The position numbers and the translations under genes are program-made. Shown in pieces: positions 47,514-58,498 of a DNA stretch of 64,000 bases. The notes beneath the pieces were generated by a model that saw only the letters and a program-made list of their open reading frames with translations, ran no database searches and was not told where the DNA came from. The stretch is from a virus. Location of the stretch: IMG/VR virus record IMGVR_UViG_3300050821_013777, positions 1 through 64,000 of that record, one strand, 5' to 3'. Every line of letters starts with the position of its first letter. The first letter of the stretch is position 1.

Positions 47514-48124
47514 GGGGCTGCGACCAGCGGGTTCACAGTGAAGTAGTCTTCGCGCCCATGGACGCCGGCCCCGATGATGCGCAGGAACGACCGGCGCGTG
47601 TCGCGCTTCAGCGGGAGGCTTTCGTGAGGGGTGAGGATTCCGATCTCGCACAGCTCGCCGGCCTTGAGCACTTCGGCATCGCGGTACGGGTAGTCGTCCG
47701 CCACGTGGCCGATGTCGCCGTCCTCCGACGTGTCTTCGTGCTCTGCGTTCCAGACCGCGCAGCTGTCGTCGATGTTGCTGGCGATCAGAATGCGCACGTC
47801 GCGGTCCAGTGTGACAGCTCGTCGGCCACCCCATGTCGGCGGACCACCACCCCACCCATAGACGCCGCGAATGATGCCGGCCTCGGTGTGCAGCGCCCGC
47901 CTGTGCTTCGCTCGCGCGCCTCGGTGAGGCGTCCCCGCCTGTGCCAGCGACTCGTCGATGGTCAGGAAGCCAACGTCGCCCTTCTGGATGAACACCGACG
48001 CGACGATGTCTCGATACGCCGCGTAGGCGTTGGGTACAGAGTCTGGCTCGCCCTGGACGTACGGCATCATGAGGCACCGAGTGCCGGTGTACTTCGGAAA
48101 CTCGACTGCGCTCGCGGTCTTCAT
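47510..48124 (-). CDS. Putative 2OG-Fe(II) oxygenase-fold protein
   Basis: LHTE (HxD/E), distal PHESLP and RSFLRI. Confidence 0.6.
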   Translation of the reverse strand: MKTASAVEFPKYTGTRCLMMPYVQGEPDSVPNAYAAYRDIVASVFIQKGDVGFLTIDESLAQAGTPHRGARAKHRRALHTEAGIIRGVYGWGGGPPTWGGRRAVTLDRDVRILIASNIDDSCAVWNAEHEDTSEDGDIGHVADDYPYRDAEVLKAGELCEIGILTPHESLPLKRDTRRSFLRIIGAGVHGREDYFTVNPLVAAP

Positions 48125-48570
48125 CGCTTGCACACCAGCTTCGTGAGGTCGACGATCTCGCGGGTGCTACTGTCGCCGTCGACTGTGACGATGCCGTCGT
48201 GCCCACGCGCTGCGACTTTGCAAGAGAGTGCTTTGCCCCGGCCGCCGAGCGCGCGGTGCAGCTGCGCCTTCCAGCTGTTGTCGTCGTAGCGGATCTCGCC
48301 CGACGTGTTGAAGGAGAGCACCAGCGGGTTCTTGAAGTGGACCTCGCCCGCCTCCCAGCCCCGCGGCAGCTCGCCTGACCGCTCGGGGCTGTGCAGCATG
48401 TAGCGGCCTGCCGGCTCGATGTCCTGCTGGTACGTCGGGCCGAGCTTCGGCGACGGCGTCGTGCTGCGAACGAAGCGAACGGTGGCTGGGCGGCCGGTCT
48501 CGAACCGCACCCCGTATTCGGTCGCGGCGGCGGTGGGCAGCGAGGCTCTCGGGACGCGGGCTTTGGCCAT
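48121..48570 (-). CDS. Possible ADP-ribosyltransferase-fold protein
   Basis: KNPLV..GHDGIV..EIV pattern seen in phage ART-like domains. Confidence 0.4.
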   Translation of the reverse strand: MAKARVPRASLPTAAATEYGVRFETGRPATVRFVRSTTPSPKLGPTYQQDIEPAGRYMLHSPERSGELPRGWEAGEVHFKNPLVLSFNTSGEIRYDDNSWKAQLHRALGGRGKALSCKVAARGHDGIVTVDGDSSTREIVDLTKLVCKR

Positions 48571-48623
48571 GCCCCGAATTCTAGCCCCGATCCGCCCGCG
48601 GCCGCCATCCTGAACAGGCGTTT

Positions 48624-48677
48624 AGTAACCCATAGGTTACTTTTTATCTTGTCAACCCTATAAGGTTGCAGTACGGT
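48624..48677. promoter_or_regulatory. AT-rich divergent control region with two palindromes
   Basis: AGTAACC-CATA-GGTTACT (48624-48641) and CAACC-CTATAA-GGTTG (48653-48668) at the main strand switch. Confidence 0.6.
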
Positions 48678-48686
48678 GACCCCAAG

Positions 48687-51600
48687 ATGCCGCGGAAAAC
48701 GAAGTCGGTCAAGAGGGGGAGAACGAACCCCATTCGCGAGAGCATCCAAAGGGCTCTCGCCGATGCCGGGCTCCGCAACGACGCCCTCCAGCTCGTCGAG
48801 CAGCTCGCGCTGTACTGGATCACTGAAGGCACGTCCGGCGACGAGCCCGGTGCCGCGAAGGGAGCCTACGAGCGACTGGCGCGCCACGGGTACACGTTGA
48901 ACAGCACCAGGACGCTGCTGTACCGCCCAGATGGAAGCGAGGTGGTGCGATGAAGCGGAAGGCGCATTCAGGCGTGAAGGGCAAGCCGCGGGTCGATTGG
49001 CGCTGTTCGCACGGCAATCGGATCACACCTGGCAGCGACGGCCCCTGCGGCTGTCACGTGATTGCCGACTCGGTAGTCCTGCAGGTGAAGTTCGAGAAGC
49101 TCGTCGCGGAGGCTGCGCGCCGCGGGATCGCTGTTGTCGCTGACTCCGACGCCATGGCGCTCAGCCTCCGCGACGTCGTAGATCGCGGCGACGATCTTCG
49201 CCGGCTCGGCGACATCGTGCAGGTGCACGGCGCTTGCGGAGGCATGACCGGTAGCGGTGGCGGCCACCCACACGGAGTGTATTGATGGGCTGGATTTCTG
49301 ACCGCCACATGAAACGCGGCGGATCAATCGGGCCCGGCGGTCTCGGCGCCGACAAGAGGGGCGCGCCGCTGCGCAAGGTCGTCGCCAATCTCACCGGCTA
49401 CCTCAATATGTTCCAGGCAGATACGGTGCTGCTGGAATGCGGGCACGAGGGGAAGTCCTGGGGCGGTAGCCGCGCTCGTTGCGTGAAGTGCAAACAGCTC
49501 GCTGCTGCGGCGAAGGGGAACATCTGATGGCAAAGAAGAGACCGACCAAAGGAGTGCGCGACCAGCAGGAATTCTGTCCGGTCCGCGACAATCTCGGCGT
49601 CCAGTGTGAGCGCGAGTCCGACCACGAAGGCAAGCACGCCTATGACTTGGCGACTGGCGGCTCACACCAGTGGTCGGGCGGCCTCATTCCTCTCAGCGTG
49701 TATGCTGCGCTTGAGGCACGCACCGGGCTAGTCGTCTCCGATTTGTTGTACCTTGCCCGCACCGCAATGCCCGATACCTGCTTCGCTACTAACGACCGGG
49801 TGCGCCGCGGGCAGAAGCTCCTGGAGATGGTCGGGTGGAAGGCGGTTCGATGATCGCCAAGCACGATCCGAGTGACGGGAGGGTGCACGTACGGACGCGT
49901 GGCGCACCGATCAACGCTGCGCTGTGCGGGAAAACGGGACAGACCACCGTCAGCTCGGCATCCGGCTGGTGGGGACCTGACGGCAAGGGATGGTCCGATG
50001 TCTGTCGCGAATGTCACCGCGTCGAGCACAAGCTGAAGGACGTGGTCTCGTGATCCCCGGCCAGCGCTGCACGCGCGTAGCGGAACACAAGGGCCAGCAC
50101 AGTCACGCTCTGGCTGAGGATGTCGATTGGGTGTTCTTCTTTGGGAAGCATGAACGCTGCACGTACGTCGAGCCGCCAGAGCAAGGCGCACCGGAGGGGT
50201 TGATGAGCGTGCCGATGCCAGCGCTCCAACCGGCTCCAGCCCCATCGTTGGAGGAGGCGCTCGCGCGCCTTCGCAGCGCCGGCTGGATGGTCGCCGTGCA
50301 CAACGACTACCGCCAGGACGGCAAGCTGATGACGTTCTGGCTCTTCACGCGCGCCGACGAGACCGGGAAGATGGTTGCCGTCAAAGGCGAAGGTCCCACC
50401 GATGACGAAGCGCTGGCACAGGTGTACCGGCAGGTGACGGGACGATGAGGAATCGCAGTCTCGGCTACCTGCCGCTCGGCACCAGCAAGCTGCCCATTCA
50501 GATCGAATGGACACCCCGCGGGCACGCGAACGTCAAGCCGGCGAAGTGCCCTGACCATCCACGCGCTGGTCAAGTCGCCGACCTAACGATGAGGCGGCTA
50601 ACGATCTCGTGCTTCGCTTGCACGCAAGTGCTGCTTATCGTCCCTGGACCTTTTCGCGTAATAGGGAGCGAGTGATGAAGAAGACCAAAGAGAAGCCCAC
50701 CTGGACGAAGCGTGACTGGACGCCCGTCCGCAACGGCGACGCCTACTGCTCTCCGGCGTGCGGCGGCGGTCCGGTCGTCTGCTCGATCAAACGCTACGAG
50801 CACGCTGTCGATGTCGCCAACGAAGTCGCACGCGATCTCGGGCCAGGTTGGAAGCCTGTTGTGACTGAGAATCTCGGGTGGCACGCCCGCGTGTTCTCTC
50901 CTTGCGGGCGCATCAGTATCTCGTTGCCGACGCTGCCCAATGATAGCGGGTACACAGCCTTCCTCGGACCGAAAGAGATCCAGCCCGCCGGCAAGTGGGC
51001 CGAGCATGGACGCACGCCGCGAAAGGCGATCGAGAACGTGCTGAACGCCGCACGCCACGACCTCGGGCTGATCGAGAAGACGATCACAGGTCTGGAGATT
51101 CCGGTCGCACGCCAAAGGAGAGTGACTGCGTGAGCCGCTTACCCGGCAAGAAGATCCGTACCGAGCGATTCAAGCTCAAAAGCGGCAAGGTCGTGGACCT
51201 GGAGCTGCGCCTGCTGGACGATGGTCAGTTCTACATGCAGGTCGAGCGGACCGGCTACCGCAGCGCGAAGCTGGAAGACCTGCGTGCGGAGGTGAGGCCC
51301 CTGCTGGAAGCGACCAACACCATCGCCTGGCGTCCTGTCATCGTCGTCCACTACAGCAAGCCGGGCGAGGACGGGCAGCACTGGATCAATGGTAATCACG
51401 TCGACAAGACCTACGTCACCATCGGCTTCAACGCCGGCTGGATGTCGACTGAGCCAATGGACGACGTGCAGCACCGCTGGCAGTCAGCTGATCCGGATGA
51501 GAAGACCCACGAACTGCCGCCGCTCGATAGCGACTGGAAGAAGAGCTACATCTACCCGGACAACACGCTGCCGTTCACGCCGGATCGTTGGCGGACGCTG

Positions 51601-53603
51601 CTCAAGATCCAAGCCGGGCTCATCGACATTCAAGCGAAGATCGCCGAACTGATGGAAGACGCGACCGGCGCCAAGCTCGATGCGGTGGCGCTGCCCCAGC
51701 TGCTTGAGGCCGTGCCGACCAAGAAAGCGAGAGGACAGTGAGAGAGAACCCGGACGACGAACGACTGTGCATCCGCCTACAGCCCATCGAGGACGGCAAG
51801 TGGATGTGGAATGTTGGCTACCCGCACGGCATCACCTACGAGCACGGCGAGTCGGACAGCCCCGAGAACGCTCTCGCCACGGCGAAGGTCGCGTTGCGCC
51901 TGCTGAGCACGAAGCGATGACCTCCAAATACTTCCCGCCGCAGAACGCGATCAAGACGGGGCGCAACCGAAAGGTCGAGATCACCGTGACCAAGGAGAAG
52001 CGCGGGCGGGTGCCCGATGATGTCACAGCCGAACGGCTCGCCGCGGCCGGCATCATCAGCTCCGACCCGAACGCCAAGCGCGCAAAGTCCGCTGGCAGCT
52101 CCCCTGCGCTGCGCATCGCCTGCCCGGTGTGCGACGCGCCGGCCGGTTCCTACTGCACGAAGCTGGTGGACTACAAACCCGTGCAGCAGACCATCGCCCA
52201 CAAGCGGCGGCGCGAGGAAGAGGAGCGAACGCGATGACCGATAAAGCCCCGAACAAGCCCGTCAAGATCTTCGCCGTCCACACCCGCCTGTACGCGCTCG
52301 ACAGCGACCATCGGTTGTGGCTGTTCGTGTACGGCCGGTGGGAGCGACTCAAGGCGCCGGAGAACGACGTGGGCGAGGAGCTGGCGATCGCAGCGTTCAC
52401 GGCGTCGTACGTTCGTGACGACGTGTGGAGCGGATTCACCGAGTACGCACTCCTGTTCGACGGTCGACTGTTCGAGTCGCACGAGACCTCCGGTACCTGG
52501 TGCGAGATCACGTGATGGCGATAAACGAAGACAAGACCCCTCGCATCTGCGACACCTGCCCTTGGCGCGTAGTGAACCACGGCAAGCCGCACCCCGCCGG
52601 CTGGTATCGCCTATCGAACCTGAAGCGCCTGTGGGCGGGCCTGCGATCCGGGCGGGCGCCTGGCATGATCTGCCACAGCACCGATTCGAAGAATACCGAG
52701 TACGGTGGCGACGCTCCGATCAAGCCGGGGCACGAGATGGAATGCGGTGGAGCGCTCTATCTGCTCATTCGCAACGTCAATGCTGTCGGCGCCGGGCAGC
52801 CGCAGCCAATCCAGCCGCCGCTCACGAAGCGCTGCATTGGCAGGCTCGTGGAGCGGCACATGTTCGGTGGAGGGGTAGCGGTCATCCCCCGGCGAACGTA
52901 GACGACGTCGGCGTGCCATGGAAGGCGGGGGGCTGATGTCTGGCTCGAACGCAGGAACCGGCTGGCCACTGACGTTGCGCTGCGCGAAGTGCAAGCGCGG
53001 TCGGGACTGGCGCCGCTCCGATACGAACGACACTCATCTCATTCGCACGGGGCGAACGAGGCCGTACACAGGAGGCAACTGCGGCGCGCGAGGGCTCAAC
53101 ACCTTTCACGAGTACGCGTGCGCAGTATGTGGCCATGTCGGCTGGAGTCGCCACAACGACGTCGCACAAAAGCCCCTCGCCCACTACGTCGAGATTGTCG
53201 AGATTGCAACAGGCAAGGTCGAGCGGCGTATGGGACCAATGGCAGAGGCCAAGGCTGAGAAGGTCGAGCGTGGGGCGATTCTGCGTATTAGCGACGACTT
53301 CACGACGCGCACCGGGACAGCTGCAGCGCTGGCGAAGGAAGCAGCGCGATGACCAAGCACCTCGACGTGGCCGGCGACACCTATGCAGACATCGTCGTCT
53401 GGCGCTGGGAACGCGCGCGGATGCGCTGGGTATCGAGCCTACGCGATGGCACCGAACTTGTAGTTGCCCTCCAGCGGTTTGGGCGTCGGTCGTTCTGGAA
53501 TCCTTCGATCGACGGGACAGCACTGCCTGACAACGGATTTCACGATCCGGAGGCAGCACAGAAAGCTGCGTTCGCTGCGTGGGAACAGAAGGTCAGTCGC
53601 TGA
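48687..53603 (+). other. Operon of about 18 small coupled hypothetical genes, many Zn-binding
   Basis: Continuous ATGA/TGATG/GTGA overlaps; CxxC, LECGH and Cx5HxGxH motifs; 52515-52901 has a DUF6283-like CxxCPWR..CH..CxG pattern. Confidence 0.7.
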
Positions 53604-54310
53604 TGCCCAAAACAGACCACCTCGCGATCCTGCAGACGCACGAGATGAAGCCGATTATGGATGTCGCGCGCGCCGCAGGCCCCCTCGCCTTCGCGCTCAC
53701 CGCCTGGTGCTACGAATTCGGCGCGCGCACTGCGGAGCCCGGCCTGCAGCTGCTCAAGGACGTCGACATGCGCATCGGCCGCGCCCGCCCGGCGCACCTC
53801 AAAGCCGGCAAGCCCCCCGCGTGGCACATGCTGATGCCATTCTGCCGCGAGGCGCTGCCGGCGTGGCTCGGGGAGCGCAGCTCCAGTTCCTTTCGCCCCG
53901 AGCAGGCGCCCTACCTCTTCCCGAGCCGCATCACAACAGGACGCTGCTATACCTGCGCTGGGTCCGGCCAGCGTCCCGTGCTCAAGCGCCAGGGCAAGCG
54001 CCGCTTCACCGACTCGACGGTCGAGTGCCATCACTGCAACGGTACCGGCGTGCGTTGGGGCGTCGCGCGACAGGAGGTCTACACGATCGTCTCAGGCGTG
54101 CTGAAGGCCGCCAAGGTCGACAAGTCTTGTCGGCACCCGCACGTGCTCCGACATTCGATCATCACGCACCTGCTCGACGCAGGCGTGGCTGACAAGGTGG
54201 TGCAGGACCGCGTCGGACACAAGCAGCTCAACACGACGTTGGAGTACAAGCGAATGACCGAGTCAGCGCTCGCCGAGGTCGAGGCAAAGATGTCGAAGGT
54301 GTACGGATGA
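53603..54310 (+). CDS. Tyrosine recombinase catalytic domain with inserted DnaJ-type zinc finger
   Basis: FGARTAE, HPHVLRHS, VGH, TTLEY; CYTCAGSG and CHHCNGTG. Confidence 0.85.
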   Translation: MPKTDHLAILQTHEMKPIMDVARAAGPLAFALTAWCYEFGARTAEPGLQLLKDVDMRIGRARPAHLKAGKPPAWHMLMPFCREALPAWLGERSSSSFRPEQAPYLFPSRITTGRCYTCAGSGQRPVLKRQGKRRFTDSTVECHHCNGTGVRWGVARQEVYTIVSGVLKAAKVDKSCRHPHVLRHSIITHLLDAGVADKVVQDRVGHKQLNTTLEYKRMTESALAEVEAKMSKVYG

Positions 54311-54326
54311 CAAAGGAGACCCGCCC

Positions 54327-55112
54327 ATGACCACTGAACGCAAATCGCACCACCCGCTCGAAGGCGGCAGCCGCATCAGCGCCTACGCCTTTACCACGCC
54401 CGAGCTGACGCTCGTTCACGATCCGCACGATCCGCTCTACGACCATCGGATTGAGACGAGGAAGCTCACGCGCGAATTCCTCCTGTCGATCGCGATGCGC
54501 GGCGTGGAGACCCCCATCTCTGTCCGCCGCCGCGGAAGCGAGAACGTCGTCATCCGCGGCAAGCAGCGCACAAAGGGCGTTATCGTGGTCAACGCGCTCG
54601 GCCCCGGCATTCCCTATACCGGTCCGGTGAAGTCGATCCACGAGGCGATTCGCACGTACGGTGCGGATCAGGACTTCGTCAAGAAGGTCACGATGTGGGT
54701 GACCAAGCCGCTGCGCATTCGGGCTGTGCCAGCGAACGCGGGCGACGAGAAGGATGCTCGCATGTCGATGCGCGTGGAGAATTCCATGCGGTACGGCGAC
54801 GTCCGCGAGGAGACCATCCGCGCCGCGAAGGCAGAGCACGAGAAGTACGGCACGTCGGCGGAGGACATCGCTACGAGCGAAGGCGTTTCGATCGCCACAG
54901 TGAAGCGTTGGCTCGCAACGGATCTCGCGGCGCCGCGGGGCTCCAAGAAGCGCAGCAAAGGCGGCCGCCCGTCTGTCAAGCAGATCGGCAACCTCGTCGA
55001 GCGAGTACGCGCACACATGACGCCGCGCGAGGTCGCTCTCCTCGACTGGGTCACCACAGGCAAATCAGCAGAGAAGCACGTGGCCGAGCTATTCCTGGGG
55101 ACAGCTGCGTGA
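54327..55112 (+). CDS. ParB/Srx-like protein with HTH
   Basis: SIAMRGVETPISV..IRGKQR, ENSMR, AEDIA..GVSIATVKRWL. Confidence 0.75.
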   Translation: MTTERKSHHPLEGGSRISAYAFTTPELTLVHDPHDPLYDHRIETRKLTREFLLSIAMRGVETPISVRRRGSENVVIRGKQRTKGVIVVNALGPGIPYTGPVKSIHEAIRTYGADQDFVKKVTMWVTKPLRIRAVPANAGDEKDARMSMRVENSMRYGDVREETIRAAKAEHEKYGTSAEDIATSEGVSIATVKRWLATDLAAPRGSKKRSKGGRPSVKQIGNLVERVRAHMTPREVALLDWVTTGKSAEKHVAELFLGTAA

Positions 55113-55951
55113 GCGACTGGCCGTACTATACCGTGCCAGCGTTGACAGGGCTGCTGCTCGCTGCTGACGATATTCGGCTGCGGCTGCTCCGACGCGGCGA
55201 CAGGCGAGCAGCGCGCGCCGCGGAGCTGCTGGTTCGGAGCGGGGGAGCAGCAACTGCTGAGTGTTTGAACGGTAGCTGCCACGCGCTGCGATCTCCCGCT
55301 TGCTCGGACGGCCGCTGTAGACACCACTGCCGCACGAACTGCGAATGTCCGGGAAACCAATGAGACGTCGCCGACTAAAACAAGACCACTACGTGAACAT
55401 CCTCGACATCGAGAGTCGTCGTGTTCTGAAGCAGATCGGGCCGCTCGGCTCTCGTAAATTCGCCGGACGTACCGAAACTGGCATACTGCGAACGCTCGAC
55501 ACCAAGACGCAGTTCACAATAATCACTACGAAGAGGGAGCCGACTCTGTGACCGCGGCGGTATGCGCGGTGGTGTGCTTTCTCGCGCTGTGTTCAGTTGC
55601 GGTTGAGTGCGCCCGTCTGCGCAAGGCTCTTCGGCAAACAGAGCGCAAGCTCGCCGATCTCGAAACCGAGCGCGCCGAGCAGGCAGCGCGACTGCTTGCA
55701 CGTAGTGCCTCATGCGTCGCTGGTGTTGAGCTGCCAGACATAGCGGACCTGCGCTGGGTTCCGGAAAGTCAGACATTCGAAACTGGTGGCATACAAGCCA
55801 ATGAGATCGTGCTCAAGCTAGGAGACATCTTTGTAAAGATGGTCAACGGGCTTGTATATGTCGGCCCTGGACCGGCGCTGCCAGACAGCACTACCTATGG
55901 AAAAGCCGTAGTTACTTCCTACCGGAACCGTGTTGCTGCAAAGGCCAAGAC

Positions 55952-56341
55952 ATGAAAAAAGAGGTCACTGTCTGCGACGCCGAACACTGCCGCACGCTCT
56001 CGGATCGGGTCTGTCCCCTGTGCGAGAAGGACTTCTGCCGAGAGCACTTCAAGCCCATGCTGTTCGCTCGGCTCTGCGTACAGAAACCCGGCTTGCCGCA
56101 GCCAGGGCAGGCACCGTTCGCGCCAGGGCAGGAGAAGTTCGACACGCACAACGCGTTCGAGGAGCAGATCGGTATCTGCGAATGGTGCTACGGAGACTTG
56201 AATCTTGCCCAGTATGGTCCTGAGCCGAGGTCAGCGCGGAGAGATATTTTGCGGCCACTCATCAGGGGACTGAGGTCGCAGATGATCGATGCCTGCCGCG
56301 TCGCGCTCGCTACGTACAAGCTGGAAAGCAGCGGGAAGTGA
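55952..56341 (+). CDS. Cys-rich Zn-finger protein with AxxxLxxS C-terminus
   Basis: CPLCEKDFCREH, CEWC; ends ATYKLESSGK; resembles 1077-1424. Confidence 0.65.
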   Translation: MKKEVTVCDAEHCRTLSDRVCPLCEKDFCREHFKPMLFARLCVQKPGLPQPGQAPFAPGQEKFDTHNAFEEQIGICEWCYGDLNLAQYGPEPRSARRDILRPLIRGLRSQMIDACRVALATYKLESSGK

Positions 56342-56661
56342 GCACGCGCGATCGGCGGCGCGCCCGCGCCATCACGAAGTCGCAGCGGCAGCGCCGACAG
56401 AATAAGCCTGTCAAACGTGCAATAGAGCTGCTCGTCGCGTCGTCGCACGAACTTCCCTTCGCTGGGATCCAGACACTGCTCGTCGCGCCTGGCGAAACTG
56501 TGCGTGTGGGCGACGCGATCTACACATCGAGTGAGTATCCGAGCCGCGCGACTGCAAGGCAGCGAGGCTCAGAGTTCGAGCTAGGCGTGGCCATCGCAGC
56601 TATAGGTGACGCTGTGACCGTCCGTTTGCACCACAGGGCGTGACCGCGATACGATACGGGT

Positions 56662-57321
56662 GTGCTGGACACTACGCGCGCCACGGGGATCGACGTCTCG
56701 CACTGGCATCCGATCCAGGACGCAGGTGCGATTCGTGGCGCTGGCATCTCGTTCATCGGTGCGAAGATCACTAACGGGATGGGCACCGACGCCATGGCCC
56801 GGACGCACATCGCTGCGATTCGCACCCAGCCGTTCGTGCTGGCCATCTACTACCACTTCGCGATGCCGGGCGACCCGGTCAAGCAGGCGGACCACCTTCT
56901 CGACACTATCGGGCCGCTGCGGGGCAATGAGCGCCTAGCGCTCGACGTCGAGGGCGGACAGGCACCGCACCTGCCCTGGATCGTCGACTTCATGGGCGAG
57001 CTGGCTCGTACGTACACGGACCGCCGGCACATCGTCTACAGCTCGGCGCGGGTCTTGAACAGGGTGCTTGCCGGCGCGGCGTGGCCTGGTGCAGCCGCCT
57101 ACGATCTGTGGCTGCCGCGGTACTCAACAGATGAACCCGAGATTCCGTCGCCGTGGACGAGCTGGCAGTTCTGGCAATTTTCGCAGACCTACCAGTGCGA
57201 TGGTGTTGGCACCTGCGATGCGAACTACTTCTGTGGCGATATTCCTGCCCTGAAGGCATATGCAGCCCTACAACCAAGTGCCGTCGCCAGCACGACGCCT
57301 GGACCGCGCCCGGCGGGATAG
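56662..57321 (+). CDS. GH25 muramidase (endolysin)
   Basis: GIDVSHW, YYHF, ALDVE, LWLPRY, WQFWQFS, CDAN. Confidence 0.9.
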   Translation: MLDTTRATGIDVSHWHPIQDAGAIRGAGISFIGAKITNGMGTDAMARTHIAAIRTQPFVLAIYYHFAMPGDPVKQADHLLDTIGPLRGNERLALDVEGGQAPHLPWIVDFMGELARTYTDRRHIVYSSARVLNRVLAGAAWPGAAAYDLWLPRYSTDEPEIPSPWTSWQFWQFSQTYQCDGVGTCDANYFCGDIPALKAYAALQPSAVASTTPGPRPAG

Positions 57322-57801
57322 CTCAGCACTGTTTTCGGTGTTGTGGTGACGCGTGTGATCGGCCAGCGTTGTCACCTTGAGATTCCTGTATCGATTGTCC
57401 GTACGGATCTTGTTTCGATGATGCACATGTTCGTCGGGGCGTAGATACCTCCCGATGTGCTTCTCAACCACGAGACGGTGCTCCGCTACATAGCCCAGAG
57501 CATTCGCGAACGGGTGCGCAGGCTTCAAGACGTAGACATATCCGCCGTTCATCAGGACATACCCGACAGTGGGCTTTCCTGGGATGATGTACTTCCTGGT
57601 CGATCTCACTCGCGCCTCGATCGCGGCACGCGATAGCGGTCTGCCTTTCTTGACTTCGCTGATCGACCGCCGGGGAATGCTTGCTGCTCTCAGCCGATTA
57701 CTTACGGTCGTCGGTGAGACTCCAAGTTGATTAGCGACCTGGCGGAGTGTTAATTTCAGATCTAGGTATAGGCGTCTCAGCTCAACGTCGTCCACTGCCA
57801 C
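57268..57801 (-). CDS. HTH + HNH endonuclease
   Basis: TLRQVANQLGVSPTTV; YVAEHRLV..VHHRNKIRTDNRYRNL. Confidence 0.85.
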   Translation of the reverse strand: MAVDDVELRRLYLDLKLTLRQVANQLGVSPTTVSNRLRAASIPRRSISEVKKGRPLSRAAIEARVRSTRKYIIPGKPTVGYVLMNGGYVYVLKPAHPFANALGYVAEHRLVVEKHIGRYLRPDEHVHHRNKIRTDNRYRNLKVTTLADHTRHHNTENSAELSRRARSRRRAGDGTWL

Positions 57802-58054
57802 AATGTAAAGTGTAGCATGCCAGCGCCCACCTACTTCCTGTCGTTCCTGTGGCGACGCGGTGGGGACGCCGTCTGGCACCCCGTCGATGCAGTGTCGGCC
57901 GAGCACCCGCTCGACTACATCAAGCGAGCGCGGCTGCACGCGAACCCCGACTACGAGTATCGGCTGCTGTTCTTCTGCGAGATCCCCCTGGACGTCTATG
58001 AGCGCCACCGGCCGCCTTCGGTCGAATAGGGTCACTCGTGCGATACTTGCCAGG

Positions 58055-58396
58055 ATGGACCCTGCAGGCACGCCCGACTTCGGCCACCTCGCTCAGTACG
58101 GCGCCATCGGCATCGTCGCTGGCGGCCTACTGCTGCTTGTCGTCGGGATCTTCCGTCAGCTGGTAACGCACGTCCTGAAGCAGAACGAACAACGTGATGA
58201 GTACCAGCGCGAGCATGGCGCGAAGACCCTCGAATCGCTCCACGCCATCGGGCAGGGCCTGCGGGACATGCAGAACGAGCTGCGCAACTTTCGCGTCGAA
58301 GTGAGCCGCGACGTCGCCGACATGGTTCGTGACGAGGTCACGTCAGCCGGCTCGCGTGGGTACCGCACCGACAAGAAGCCACCCCGCGGCGGATAA
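58055..58396 (+). CDS. Holin-like protein (single N-terminal TM + coiled coil)
   Basis: LAQYGAIGIVAGGLLLLVVGIF followed by a charged helix; near the lysin. Confidence 0.55.
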   Translation: MDPAGTPDFGHLAQYGAIGIVAGGLLLLVVGIFRQLVTHVLKQNEQRDEYQREHGAKTLESLHAIGQGLRDMQNELRNFRVEVSRDVADMVRDEVTSAGSRGYRTDKKPPRGG

Positions 58397-58436
58397 AAAA
58401 GTGCCCCCCTCGACCATGGACGTAATCGAGGGGGGC
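58395..58436 (-). terminator. Intrinsic terminator
   Basis: GCCCCCCTCGA/TCGAGGGGGGC stem with a T6 tract on the minus strand, between convergent genes. Confidence 0.7.
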
Positions 58437-58498
58437 TGGAGGACCCGCCAGCCTGCCGTGTCGAAGGATCAAATACTAGCGCAGCGCCGCTGATGTCG

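Noticed and set aside
47061-48887. 608-aa ORF as one protein
   Set aside because: Only the last 150 codons (47061-47513) look coding; the rest overlaps better ORFs in other frames
45805-50250. Cx5HxGxH and LECG(H/C) motifs repeated in several small ORFs
   Set aside because: Common small Zn-binding motifs of GC-rich phages; too short to claim a system
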